From: Cyanophora paradoxa CCMP329
Taxonomy: Eukaryota; Plantae; Glaucophyta
NCBI GenBank assembly: GCA_004431415.1
Contig: QPMI01000409.1
Location: 434,001-498,000, forward strand
DNA: 64,000 bases
Direction of reading: 5' to 3'
Below the pieces are notes generated by a model that worked only from the letters and a program-made list of their open reading frames with translations, was not told the DNA's origin and made no database searches. This document shows, piece by piece, positions 33,946-46,426 of this stretch; the first letter of the stretch is position 1, and the number at the start of each line of letters is the position of its first letter. The position numbers and the translations under genes were made by a program.

Positions 33946-36900
33946 ATGCCGGCGACTATGCGCTATCTGTACGCGGGCACGCCGTCGACGACGCGCGGCG
34001 TGCCCACCTTCCTCAACGCCAGCCCCGATGGCCGCAAGATGGTGCGGAGCTTCGCGCGCGCGCTCCCGCGCGGCCGGCTCTGATAGCGACCGCTTTCGCT
34101 CGCAGATCTATCCGAACGGCAACTCGTGCGCCCGCCGCGCCGCCGCGGCCGCCCCTGTGCCGGCGGTTGAGTGTTCGCGGCCGAGCTAACGAATGGCCGG
34201 CCGCGCCGCCGCCGCAGGATCGTCATCCGGGACCTGCAGAACCCGCTGGACTCGGACGTGTTCCAGGCCCACAACGCGGCGGCGACCGTCGCGCGCTTCG
34301 CGCCGGCCGGCAACTGGGTCGCCAGCGCCGACGCGCAGGGCAACCTGAAGATCTGGGACAGCAGCAACCCAGAGAAGCCGATCAAGATGGAGAACCGGAT
34401 CCTCTCCTCGGCCATCTGCGACGTGGCGTGGACACCCGACAGCACCAAGATCGCCGTCGTCGGCGACGGCCGCGAGACGTGCGCCCCGCCCCGCCCCGCC
34501 CCGCCCAGCCACGCCGCCCTCCGCCGCCGCCGCCGACGCGGCCCGGCCCGATCCGGCGCAGCTTCGGGCGGGTCATCACCTGGGACTCCGGCAACAGCGT
34601 GGGCGACATCGCCGGGCACACCAAGAAGGTCCGCCCCTGCGGCCCCCGCCCCGCCCCGCCCGGCCCGGTGCCGGCCTCAGCGAGGCAGGTGCTCTCTTGC
34701 GACATGCGGCCGGCGCGGCCGATGCGGCTGGCGACCGGCTCGGAGGACGCGACGTGCGGCTGGGCCGAGGGCCCCCCCTTCAAGTACAAGACCTCCATGA
34801 AGGCCCGCCCCCGCCGCGCCCCGCCCCGCCGCGCCCCGCCCCGCGCTGCGCTTCGCTGAGGCCGGCGGGCGCGCACAGGAGCACAACCGGGCGGTGAACT
34901 GCATCCGCTTCTCCCCCGACGGCGCCCGCGCCGCCTCCATCGGCGAGAAGAAGGCCCGGCGCCCGCCCCGCGCTCCCGCCCCGACCCTGCCTCGGGGCGC
35001 CTCAACGGGCGGGCGCAGATCGTGGTGTACGACGGGGAGAGCGGGGCGAAGGTGGCGGCGTGGGAGGCGCACAGCGGCACGGGGATGACCCTCTCGTGGA
35101 GCCCCGACGGGCGCCAGGCCCGCCCCGCCCCGCCCCGCCCCGCCCCTCCCCCCGCCTCCCTCACCCTCACCCGCACCCCCCCAGATCCTCTCGTGCGGGC
35201 TGGACAAGACGGCCCGCGTCTTCGACGTGCAGGTGCGCCTTCGCCCCTGCCGAGGTCCCCGGCGCCGGCCCCTCACCCGCCGGCCTTCCGCGCAGACGCA
35301 GCAGTGCATACTCGACGTCGCGTTCAACGACCGCGGCACCTTCGACGACCAGCAGGCCCGCCCCACCCATCACCCCTCTCGTCTCCGCGCTGACCGCCGG
35401 GCGGGGGCAGGTGGGGACGCTGTGGGCCGGGGGCTACCTGATGTCCCTCAGCACGGGGGGCGACCTCAGCTACCTGGACACGCGGCAGCCGACGGTGACC
35501 TTCAAGCTCCAGGGCCACAACAAGCCCATCAAGGGCCTCGCCGTCAACCCCGCGCACCGCATCGCCTACACCGGCGCCTCCGACGGCGCCGTCTGCCGCT
35601 GGGACGAGGTCCGCCCCGCCGCCCCCGCAGCCGCCCCCCGCGCGCGCAGGCGCGAGGGGCCCCCGCAGGGCAACGGGTACGCGTACGGGTTCGTGGGGAA
35701 GGCGCCGGCGAGCACGATCACGGGGCTGGCCCTCGCGGGGGGGTACCAGGGCGGGGCGGCCGAGTCCGTGCTCGTCACCTCGCTCGACAACACCCTCCGC
35801 TCCGTCCCCACCGCCACCTCCACCTTCACCCCGCGCGCCCCGCCCCCCTCGCCCCCTCCTCCCTCCCCGGCCCCTCTGACGGGCGGGCAGGGACACGCTG
35901 GCGGTGAAGGCGCCCCTCTGCGTCTCCCCCATCAACCGTGACCCCCTCGACGTCGTGTGCGCGTCGCTTTGCTCCGATCCTGCGCGCCTCGCCGCCGGCC
36001 CCGCCAGGCAGCTGACAGGCGCCGCCCCGCCGGCAGCGTGGGGACGCCCTCCTCTCTCGTCCGCGTCCGCTCCAACCGCATCGTCCAGGCCCGCCCCGCC
36101 CCGCCCCGCCGCAGGGCGGACCGCAGCCCGCCCGCATCGCCCCTCGCCGATGCACGACGTCGCGCGCGCAGGAGCTGCAGCTCAACTACGAGCCGCGGGC
36201 CATCGACTGCTCGCCCTACGGAAACCAGGTCCGGCCCCGGCCCCGCGCCCTCTCTCGCGTCCCGCGCCGATGCCCGCGCCGCAGATCGCTGTGGCCGGCT
36301 CGGTCCGCCCGCCCGCCCCACCTCGCGAGGGCTGGCTGGCCGGTCCGGGGGCCTTACGCGGGGCGGGGGCGGGGCGCGCGGCAGGACTCGCTGGTGCACA
36401 TCTACAGCGTGCAGGGGGACCGCCTCGCGGAGGAGGGCACCGGCCTCCGCAAGCACCGCGCCGGCGTCACCTGCGTCGCCTACAGGTCGCGCCCCGAGCG
36501 GCCCCGGGATCCCTTGCCCCCCATCTCTGACTTGCCTGCGCGGGGCAGCCCCGACGGGCAGCGGCTGCTGAGCAGCGACCAGTCGAAGGAGTCGACCGTC
36601 TGGCTCACGAACGGCTGGCAGGCGAGCCCGGCCTCCGCGGCCCGCCTTCGAGCTCGCCCCTGACGCTCCCGCCCCTCAGGTGGAGCACGGGGAGCTGGTG
36701 GCGCAGACGGCGCGCATCAACTGCGCGGCGTGGGCGCCCGACTCTCGCCGCTTCGTCACCGGCTCCCTCGACCGCTCCGCCGTCGTCTGGCAGGTCCGTC
36801 GTCGTCTGGCAGGGCCCGGGGCAGGCGGGGAGCTGAGGAAGCGGCCCGCCGGGCCGGGCCCACATGTTTCTCGCTCACCGTGGGCCGGGCAGGTCGCGGA

Positions 36901-37091
36901 CCCGTACGTCAACCAGATCCTCCTCCAGTGTACGCCCCCTGCGCCCGCCCGCCCCGCGCCCCGCTCTGCGCCGACGCGCCGCCCGCGCAGTCATCCACGT
37001 CGGGGGCGTCGTGGGGGCCGCCTTCCTGGACGACCACACGCTCATCACCGCCGGCGCCGACATGATGCTCAAGACCTGGGCCCTCTCCTAG
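33946..37091 (+). CDS. AIP1: Actin-interacting protein 1 (WDR1), WD40 double propeller, multi-exon
   Basis: YAGTPSTTRG, IYPNGNS, ATVARFAPAGNWVASAD, WDSGNSVGDIAGHTK, RPARPMRLATGSED, EGPPFKYK, GHNKPI; ends LITAGADMMLKTWALS*. Confidence 0.93.
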
Positions 37092-37341
37092 CCGCAGCGC
37101 CCCCGGCCCCCGGCCCCCGACCGGCCTAGTCACCCTCCACTTCGCATTCTGCATTTCTGTTAACGTTGCATTCGAGATCTTTCAGAAGACCGTCACATCC
37201 CTCGCACGCACGCACAGAGAAAGCCCGCGGGGCCAGCCCAAGAGCATGCGTTTCGCACTCCAGGACAGGACGGGCACCGGTATCGATCACACTTTAAACA
37301 CGACGAAGAAGCAGAGGGAGGGGGGGCGGGCCGCGGGGCGT

Positions 37342-40083
37342 CTACTTGCGGCGGAAGAAGCCGAGGATGCCGCCCTTCTTCTGGGCGGGGGCGTGGGCGG
37401 AGACGTCGGGGTACTCGATGGCGTTGAAGGCGAGGTCGAAGAGGGCCGGCTTGCAGGCCACCGGCTCGAAGGCCGGCGGGAACTCCGCGAGCACGACGGG
37501 GCCGCCCCCCGCCGCCCCCTCGTAGCTCCCCAGCCGCCCCAGGAGGCCCCGGCCCTGCGAGCGAGGGAGGGAGCTCAGGGGGGAGGGGAGGGGCGGGGGA
37601 GACGGGTGCGGGGCGGGCCTGGGCGGCCTGGGCGTCGGCGAGGGAGACCTCCTCGACGGCCTGCAGGGAGGCCTCCGCCTTGAGGACGGCGTGCGCGTGC
37701 GCCAGCAGCCGCTGCGCGCGCGCCGCCCCCGCCGCCTTCTCCGCCCGCTCCGCCACCGCGGGGTCCACCTTGGGCATCTTCTTCAGGCGCTGGAGGGCGG
37801 GGGCGGCGTGCTGGCGGCAGCGGTCGTAGAGGGCGACCGCCTCGGCCCACTTCTCGGCGGCCGCGTAGCCCTCGGCGAGGTGCAGGCAGCGGCAGGCGCG
37901 GAAGGCCCCCGAGAGGGCCCCCGCCTCCTCCTCGGCCCCCGCCACGCCGGCGAGCTCCGCCGCGTTCTGGAGGAGGGTGTCGTAGAGGCGGACGAGGTCC
38001 TCGGGGCGGGGCCCCGCGCGCCGGCCCTCGGCCCGCGCCATCTTCGCCGCCTGCTCCGCCACCAGCAGCAGGTTCCGCTCGATCGTCTGCCCGCAGCGCT
38101 GAGCGCCCCGGGGGCGCCAGGGAGGGGGCGGGGGCGCAGGGAACCCGGCGCAGGAGCGTCTCGCTGGCGTAGGCGAGCAGCGCGTTCAGCTCGGCCGTCG
38201 CCGCCTGCGGAGCGCGCCCCGTCAGGCGCGCGGGGAGGAGGGCGCGGGGCGGGCGGCGCACGGGGCCGGAGCCGTAGAGGGCGGCGGTCGCCTCAGCGGC
38301 CTCCCCGCGCTTCTGGCCGGCCGTCGTCTGGCGGTGCGCCCCGGCGGCCGCGTCAGTCGGGCCGGCCCCCCCAGAGCAAAGCCGCGCGCGCACCAGGGCG
38401 ATGAGGTCGTTCTTGATGCACTTGCGCGCCTCCTCGAGCTGCGCCCCGGCGTGCGCGTGAGGCCGGCACGGCGGGGTAGAGGCCCCGCCCCGCGCGCCTG
38501 CGAGAAGGTCTGCCCGTACAGGTCCAGCCGCTTGTCGTGCTTCTCCTCCTTCGCCGCCTGCCGGGATACGTGAGTACCCGAGCCAGGGGGGGAGGCAACG
38601 CGGGGGGTACCTGGGCCGCAAAGTCCGCCGCGGAGACGAGGGCGAGCCGGACCTGCACGGAGGGCCCTCAGACCGAAACGAAGAGTGAACGAGAGTGGGG
38701 AAGGAAGGGGGGGTACCTTGTCGGAGCGGATGGGTACGGTGGCGCCGCGGTACTCGACGGTGCGCATCTGCTCCGCCGCCTGCCGCCGGCTCTCCGAGAT
38801 GACGCCCTGGGGTACGGGGCGCGCGCGTTCGCTCAAGCTGCCCGAGTGGTACGGGAACAGAATGGGAGCCGGGGGTACCTCGAGCTTGGAGCGGAGGAGG
38901 TCCATGGAGGGGTCGTCCATGTTCTTCTCCATGGCCCTGTGCCCCGGAATCGTTCCGGCGGGCGCGGCGGACCCGCCGAGCGGGGCCGGGAGGAGGCGGC
39001 GGGGGCCTCACTTGATGTCGTCGTCGACGTCCATCTTGGCGGACGAGTCTGGCGCGGGGGGGGACGGTGAGCCGGGCGGGGCGCAGATGAGGCCGCGCGC
39101 CGGCTCACCGTCGACTCCGGCCTTCTTCAGGTTGTAGCGGCAGTAGCTGGCGCGGGCGTGTAAGGGGGCGGCGCCGGCGGGGCAGGGCGCGGGCCGGCGC
39201 GGGGAGCCGGCGGGCACCGGACGCTAGGGTCGATCTCCTCGACGCGCTGCTCGTAGACGCGCTGCTGCGCCGGGTCGGCGACGCGCGCCAGCTGGTCGTA
39301 GATCGTCCTGCCGCCGAGCGCGCTCAGCCGCAGCGGAAGCACTGGCTAGCCCAGGCCGGCGCGGCGGACCGAGCGCGCATGAACTTCGCCAGCGACTCCG
39401 ACCAGTTCTCCCGCTCGAGGAGCTCGTTCGCTTGCATGAAAGTGGCGTAGGCCTGCGGCCCGGGCACGCATCAGGCGCCCGCCCGCCACGGGCAGGAACG
39501 CGGCGAGGCACGCCTCGCTTTCGAGCGCGGTCTTCGCGTCGGCGCGCTTCGAGCAGAGCTGTTCGAGATCTTTCGCTACGCGCGCCGCTTTCGCGAGTCG
39601 CCGGACCAGGTGGAAGCGCTTCCGCGGATCAGGGCGCCCCGACTTTCCTTGGTCCGCCTTCAGCTCCATCGCCAGCGCCCAGGCGCGCTCGCACTGAACG
39701 AGCGGCAGCAATAGATGCCTGCAAAGGCGACGGGATGTGAGAGCGCCGAAGAGGAGCGCGTCGCCCCGAGCAATCGCGCCTGGCATCGGAGACGATGTCC
39801 GCTGTGACGGCCTTCGCCTGGAACTTGCCCTTGCCGAGATTCAACTTCAGGCTGTCGCGAAGGCGCTTCAACCTGCGACTGCAGTACTGCCTGCGGCAGA
39901 ATGAGCCATCGCCGGCAAGCTCTCGCGCACGCGGGAGCGACCGCGGCCAGCGACCGCGAACCTGTATCGCTGGTAGTTGCCGTGCCGCAGACCGTTTTGC
40001 GCCTGGCTGGTCTTCACGGTCATGAGGATGTCCAGGCTGACCGGCGCCGCGGGCGCGACGGGCGTCCCCTCATCGATCTCCAT
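37342..40083 (-). CDS. SRP68: Signal recognition particle subunit SRP68, multi-exon
   Basis: SLDILMTVKTSQAQNGLRHGNYQRYR|QYCSRRLKRLR, ERAWALAMELK, RFHLVRRLAKAA, EEIDPSVR|YCRYNL; C-terminal PVACKPALFDLAFNAIEYP...GILGFFRRK*. Confidence 0.95.
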
Positions 40084-40334
40084 CGTTGTGCGGCTTGTGC
40101 GGCAGCAGTGCCCGCGATCACTGTTTGTTGGTTCGGCCGCCGAGGGGGGGGGGTACGGCTTGGGCGAGCCTGCGCCTACCATCTAGCTATAGGGGTCCGG
40201 CCGGTCAGTCAAAATTGGGCATTATGCCGTAGTCCTAGCCTAGTTATTACCCTGCTTGTCTCTATCGCCGAGCTGACGTCGACTGTACTGATCATGAAAA
40301 TTACGCTTTCCACACTACTAGGCTAAACCTAATA

Positions 40335-43300
40335 CTACTCATCGCCGCCATCATCCTTCTCAATCTCCGCCAGGCGCTTCTGGACAGAGGAGAGCTTCTT
40401 GCGGGCAGCCTCCCGACGCTTCTCGAGGACCTCCTCCTTCTGACGGATGGCATCGCTCTTCTCTGCCAGAGCCTTCCGCCTCTCCGAGTACGCATTACTG
40501 TGTGGACAAGCTTGAAGTGAGCAGACGGAACGAATACGCAATTTAAGAAACAGGCAAGAGCTTGCCTCCAGTAGATGTGTTCCGAGGTCTTCGCAAAAAG
40601 GTCAATGTCGATAGTCAGGTGATCCCGCTCTACAGATATCTGCTTTTGTTCCGCCTCCAACTCAACCTTAGAGACATAGCTCAGTCTATTCGTCAGCAGC
40701 AATGCATGTTGCTGGAAAACTCTCACCTCCTCATCACGCAAGGCCTGCTCCTGCTCACGAAGCTCTGTCCGCTCGTTTGCACTTCTGATCTGAGATGCTG
40801 TCAGCGCAGTAATCTCGATTCCAGCAGCAAACGCTTACTCTGGATGCGAAGTTGCGAGTCCCAGCCAGCTGGCGGTAGGCGTAGAGCTCCAATGGCGAGT
40901 CCGGAGTGAGATAGAATACATGCCTGCCGCAGTGCAACATGTCAGGTTAACAATGATCTCAAAGCGAGCACAGGTGGCAAACCTCTCGGCACCCTCCAAG
41001 TCCGCAGTTTTGCCTGCACACAGACATGAGTTGCTGGCAACGTACAGAGAACGTTTTGTGCAAACCAGCGCGGAATCCCAACAGGTCATCGCGAATAAGG
41101 GCCCGCATAGGTGCCTCATCGCCTGTTTAGCAGAAGTATGAGCATAATGTTGGCACCAATGGAACCAGATGCTCTCACCGTCAAACACTTCATTCTTGAT
41201 CTGGTGGTAGTCCACGAACCCTGCATGCGTTCCTCAGTTCTGCTTCATTGAAAGTCTTGGAGGATGATATGCACCGCCCTTGGATGATGCAAGCATCTCG
41301 AGAGCAGCCTGCAGCTGCCGTGGCTTCCATGCAGGCCCGGCAGCAGCATTGCCATCATCATCATCATCGTCATCATCTTCCTCCTGAGGAGCTAGCAGTG
41401 CCTGATGCACAGTTAGCTAGAAACGCCTTTTTCCATCATGGCAAAATTAGCACTTTCAAAAGGCGCTCCCGCTGAGATGCGACCATGCCCTTGATGACAT
41501 CTGCATAGTAGTCAGCAATAGCAGAGAGCTGCCGAATATCCCACAGGGGCGGGTACCACGCGCAGAACGACCAGAGATAACCTAATTGCAATCAGCAGAG
41601 CGCATGCAACAAACAAATGCCCTCTTCACCTCATTAATCGCATTGTTGAGATGCATGAAGCGACCGCCAACGGCATCCACGATCATCTCGGCATCGCTCT
41701 GCCAAACCAATTGGTGGTGCACAGATAGAATCAACGCAGCAAGAGCCTACTGCAGAGGTTGTCGGTATGCGCATGCGGACGTATTCCAGGGCACGAGCAC
41801 GAGGAAGGTCGCCAAGCCTGAAGAAGCGGTACCGGCCATGAATTCCAGAGACTGCAAGAAGCTTAATTAGCATGCAGGGGCATTCGTAGAGAATTAAGCA
41901 GACGGACACTGGTCGAGGGCCTCGATGATGAAGGCGTCGCTGGAAGCAATAACAACGTGAGCAAGGTGGCGTTCCTTGGTCACGTGAACAGCCCAGTTCA
42001 GGAGTGACTGCACAAGGTCACGCCCATCCGGTGAGCTGCGGACAACCCCGAACAGAGTGTTGAACTCGTCAATGCATATGACGGGAGGCTGCCGTGAAGC
42101 AAGGAGTCAAGCCCAGGCAACAAGGTACGAATATTTGCGCTTGACTCACCCTCGAGATGCCCCTGCGCCGGTTATCGGCAGCAATTCGCTCAAGCGCTGC
42201 AGTGACGCATTGCAGCGAGATCGCAAAGTCCTGCAGTAAATGTCAGCTTGCATAACTTTGTTTGGTGAGACTGAAGCCTGCCTGCAGATTCAGCGCTTCC
42301 TTGACAACAAGGTTCTCGCCTCCAGAAATAGGCAGAAAGTCCACCACCCAAGAGCGGAACAGGAGGAACTTCACGGCCATCTGTTCAAGGAGTTGTTAGC
42401 TAGTGCTGATTTCACTAGTCCAGCAGAAGCTGACACACCTGCTCATTGAAGAACCGAACAAAGTCATTCACACTCGAGACTGGCCTCTGCAAAGGGCATC
42501 AGCATCAAATCAAGCATATCATCTCAGGGAGTTTGATGGAGATCGACGATCACCTCTCGGAGATCGATCTTGACGGCCCCAGGTCGCTTCGAGAGAACGT
42601 GGTTCAGAAGTGTGGACTTTCCAGCATCAGACGGGCTGTAGCACAGTCAACTCCTGTGGCTTGCAGCAAGAGGGAGGCCTAAAGCGAACCCAGTGAGAAT
42701 CATGATGCGGTCCGGCGTCTGCTCGAAGAGTGCCTGAAGAGTCCGCATCTCCTCGTCACGCCCGAAGAAGTGAGTGAGCTCGCGGAGTGAACGGGGTCGC
42801 ATCAGGTGCTCCTCCGTGATCTTAGCGCGGTCGAGATCGAGGTAGATGTAGTAAGCCGCCGGAGCGAAAGCCAGGGCCGTCTGCGAAGAAGCGCGCGACG
42901 GCGTTTAGAGCCGGGAGGAGAATGCGGCAGCAAGTTCACCAGCCCAACTAAGCTGCTATTTGTTCCGGCAGCGTCTCTATATAACGTATGTTCCAGTCTA
43001 GAGCAGCGCCGAGCAGCGCCGAGCAGAGCCGAGTATGCGGTTCGCAGCCGTTTCAACAAGCAGCCGGCGACGAAGGCCAGGCACGTCCATAGCGCACCCC
43101 GCAGAGCTTGAGCCCTTGGAAGAACATGCGCCCCCAGCCGCGGGACGAGCTGCCGGAACTGCCGCCGGATGAGCTGCCGCCACCGCCGGCGTTTTCGCCC
43201 GCGTTCCCGGCGACCACGGCTGCGGCGGAAGACGCCGAACGGGACGTCGAAATGCCGCGCCGTGCGGCAAGGGCGGCCGCCCGCACGCCGACCTGCGCGA

Positions 43301-43359
43301 TGCTCAACGAGTTGTACGCACGCGGAGCCCGTCGTCTGGCGGACCTTGCTGACAAACAT
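40335..43359 (-). CDS. P-loop ATPase of the archaeal/MJ-type (ATPase_2-like) family with putative mitochondrial presequence, hydrophobic segment and C-terminal coiled coil
   Basis: MFVSK|VGVRAAALAARRGISTSRSASS, Gly/Ser linker, ...LKLCG|TALAFAPAAYYIYL, HFFGRDEEM, Walker A ILTG|PSDAGKST, Walker B PVICIDEFN, WAVHVTKERHLAHVVIASSDAF, RYRFFRLGDLP, VGGRFMHL. The tail ...EKRREAARKKLSSVQKRLAEIEKDDGGDE* is coiled-coil-like. Confidence 0.75.
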
Positions 43360-43581
43360 GGCGGCGGCGAGCTACAATGCGGCCTGGAGGCTTGGGGACT
43401 TGCCGCTCTTGCGGCTCTTGAAGCCGCTCTTCCGGCCGGGGGGTACGGTCGCCGGTGAAGTTGAGCCGTGGTTTGTTCGTGAGCACTAGCCGTCGTTCGC
43501 TCGCCGTGTGCCAAAGCAAGCCAGACCTTCAGAGCCAGCAGCCCTCGCGACCTTGCCCGCAGACCTTGCGACAACATCACA
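43360..43581. promoter_or_regulatory. Putative bidirectional promoter between two genes with mitochondrial-type leaders
   Basis: Divergent ATGs at 43359 (-) and 43582 (+). Confidence 0.45.
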
Positions 43582-45588
43582 ATGCTCCGTGCAGTGGCAG
43601 CAAGGTCCCTGGTAGGGCCTGCATCACGCGGAAGGCTTTCCCGGTTCGTCCATGGTCGCGATCCACACCCGTGCCGCATCGCCGACGCCTGTCCGCAGCG
43701 CTCTCGCAGGTGCCGCGGAGGTGCCGCCCTCGCCTACGGCCGCTCAACCATCACTCGATGCAGAGACACCGTGGGCGAGAGTACCGCGCGCCCTCGCGAG
43801 CAGTATGGCTGTCCGCCGAGGCCGTTCATCGCCATCCAAGGTCGTCGATTTGGGCGAGGTTGAAATCAACCTGGACGGCTGGAAGCGCGAGCTTTCAAAG
43901 CACGGCGTTCGGATCCGCGACACCGAAGCAGAGGAGCTGGAGGGGATCGACGCGGACGACGAAGGCGCGGTGGACGCCGAGGACGTCAAGGCCGTCGCCG
44001 CCCTGCTCCAGCCGCCGGTTCCTTTCGAGTACAGCAACCTTCCACCCGAGAAGAACGGCAAGAAGGTGCGCCCTCCGCTCGCGCAATCGCAGTCGGCCCT
44101 TCACTCAACACCGCGTAGCTGTACTTCGACAGCGCGGGCCAGCCCGTGTACATGAAGGAATGGAAGTGCGCTGCAATGCTCGATCGCGCTCCTGCGGCCG
44201 CTCTGATGCACATGCCGTCCAGGGACCTGCGGCGCATGGAGCGGTACCTGCAGGAGCGGCCGCAGAAGCTCGTTCAGTCGTGCGCATTCCTTACAGTCTC
44301 GCTTTGCGCGAGCGCTGAGCGGTATCCCTAGGCGGAAGGACGGCAGCGCGCCGGCCCCCGTCAGGATGCCACGCGCAATCGAAGCCGCGGAGGACTTCGT
44401 CGATGAGGATGCTGCGGCGGCAGCCGGGGACCAGAAGAAGCCGCGCGTGAGTTGGCGCCCCTTCCGTCGCCCGCGCCCCGCGCCGGCCCGACGCGGTGAG
44501 CCGCGCAGTCGCGCAAGACGGCGATGCTCAACGACCGACTGGTCCGCGCGAACATCGACGTGCGCGTTTCCGCCCGCGCGCCCACCGATCCGGTCCGATC
44601 CGATATCCCTTATCCGACGCAACTTTCCGCAGCCTGCGATCTTCCGGAAGCACAAGCACGACCTGTACGCGAGCATCGAGTACAGCCGGCAGCTGGTCGC
44701 CGAGCGCCGCGCCCTCCGTGCGCGCCGCCCTCCCGCAAGACGCGCGGACGCGGCTGACTCGCCGGCGGGGGCAGTGGAGGGCCTGCGGGAGCGCACTGGG
44801 GTGCCGGTCGAGGCGCAGATGACCCTCATCGAGGTCCTCCAGATCCTCTCCGATGAGAAGGTGCCCTACTCTCCCCACCCCTCCCCACCCTAACAACACC
44901 CCCCACCCCTCCGGCCGCCGGCGCCAGCGCGCGCGGCTTGGCGGCCCCCGGCTCCCCGCTCACCTGGCGGGCGGGCGGCAGGTCTTCGACGTGCACGTGG
45001 TGGAGACGCGGCGGCGGACGGACCACCACACGCACGACTTCCTCGTCTTCGCGTCCTGCCGCACCGACCGCCACGCCCGCGCCGGCGCCGACCGCCTCTG
45101 CAAGGCGGTCCGCCGTCCTCGCCCCCGCATCGCCTCCGCATCGCCCCGCCTCGCCCCCGCCGACGCCAGCGGCGCGCAGCTGCGGGAGAAGGGGGTGCTG
45201 ATCGACGGACGCTACCCGCCCTACGTCGACGGGCGCGACTCGGACGACTGGATGGTCGTCGACTGCGGTGCGCCGCCCCCCGGCGCCCGCCTCCGCCGGC
45301 CGGGGGCCGACGGGGGGGGCGGGGCGGGCAGAGCTGGCGTCGGTGCACTTCTTCACGGAGGAGGCGCGGCGCTCGTACGACGTGGACTCGCTCTGGGAGC
45401 AGGAGAAGGAGCCCGAGGCGGCCTTCAACCCGGCCACCATGAACCCCTTCGTCGCCAAGCGCGAGGCCAAGCGCCGGCACCGCCGCGCGCAGAGCGAGGC
45501 CCGCCGCCAGCGCGAGGCCGCCGCCGCCGCCGCCGCCGGCCCCGCCCCGGAGGCCCCGGGCGTCGAGATGGAGGCCCTGTCCGCCTGA
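43582..45588 (+). CDS. Ribosomal silencing factor RsfS/Iojap (MALSU1-like), probably mitochondrial, with long N-terminal extension
   Basis: Leader MLRAVAARSLVGPASRGRLSRF. The C-terminal domain reads EVLQILSDEK|VFDVHVV...DFLVFASCRTDRHARAGADRL...VDGRDSDDWMVVDC...VHFFTEEARRSYDVDSLW, matching the RsfS W..VD...VH.F..E.R..Y.LE.LW signature. Confidence 0.85.
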
Positions 45589-46077
45589 GCGGGCCCCGGC
45601 GAGCCCGCCCCCCAGCCCGAGCGCTCCTTCTTTCAAGCGACACGCCCCCTCCAGAAGAGTCCCCGAGTTTACGTAACAGTCACACAGTATCGAATACAGA
45701 CAGCAATTTGTCAGCAGAGAATGAAGAATACAATCAGGTTTTGAAGAATGCAGAATTCAGCACTTGGCCCAGTGGAATGAGCTCGTCACGGCGCCTGCTA
45801 GCTGGGCCTCGATCCTGCACGCTGCACTGCGGCAGCTGTGCATGCATATATGCGCATGCCGGCTGAATTCCCGATTCGAAGCGCTAGCTAGCGCGCGCTG
45901 GCCGGCGCCAGCAGCCGCTAGCGCTGAGCTTCGAATTCGAGGCTGTAGTGCCGCTGTACGTACATGTGAGCTAGGGCTGGCGCTTGGCTTCGAATTCAAG
46001 CTTACATAGGCATGCGCAGTGCGCACGCGCATATGCTTGCATCCACACCTGCTCATTCGCATTCGAATTCATGCATA

Positions 46078-46426
46078 CTGTAATTCGGGTAATATTTAAG
46101 ACCCCAAAATAATTAGTAATCCCGGGGTTTGGTCGGTTTAGTAGGCTGAAAATAATTAAGAGATATCGATAGCCGCGCGGAGTGCTTTAGTATACGTAGC
46201 GGCCTTTGGAAGGGGGTGGGCGCACCAGGGGGTCTTGATCTGTTGGAGAGTCCGGAAGCCCCCTAGCACTATAGCTAGCTTCTCCCGCACTGCAACTTTG
46301 GCTGCGCGCGCGGGCTACGTACCCCCCCTCGCACCTCGGTTTAGTATACGATAAAACTTTAGTAGTCAGGCCTCAAAACTTTGGTACTATAAAGATCCAG
46401 TATACTAAATATTTCCCGACTTACAG
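46078..46426. mobile_element. 349-bp non-autonomous TIR element (MITE), TA-flanked, Tc1/mariner-pogo superfamily-like
   Basis: Left end TA|CTGTAATTCGGGTAATATTTA; right end reverse-complement TA|CTGTAAGTCGGGAAATATTTA (19/21 identical). The interior is AT-richer than the genes, carries repeated TTTAGTA(TAC) motifs, and has no ORF. Confidence 0.75.
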
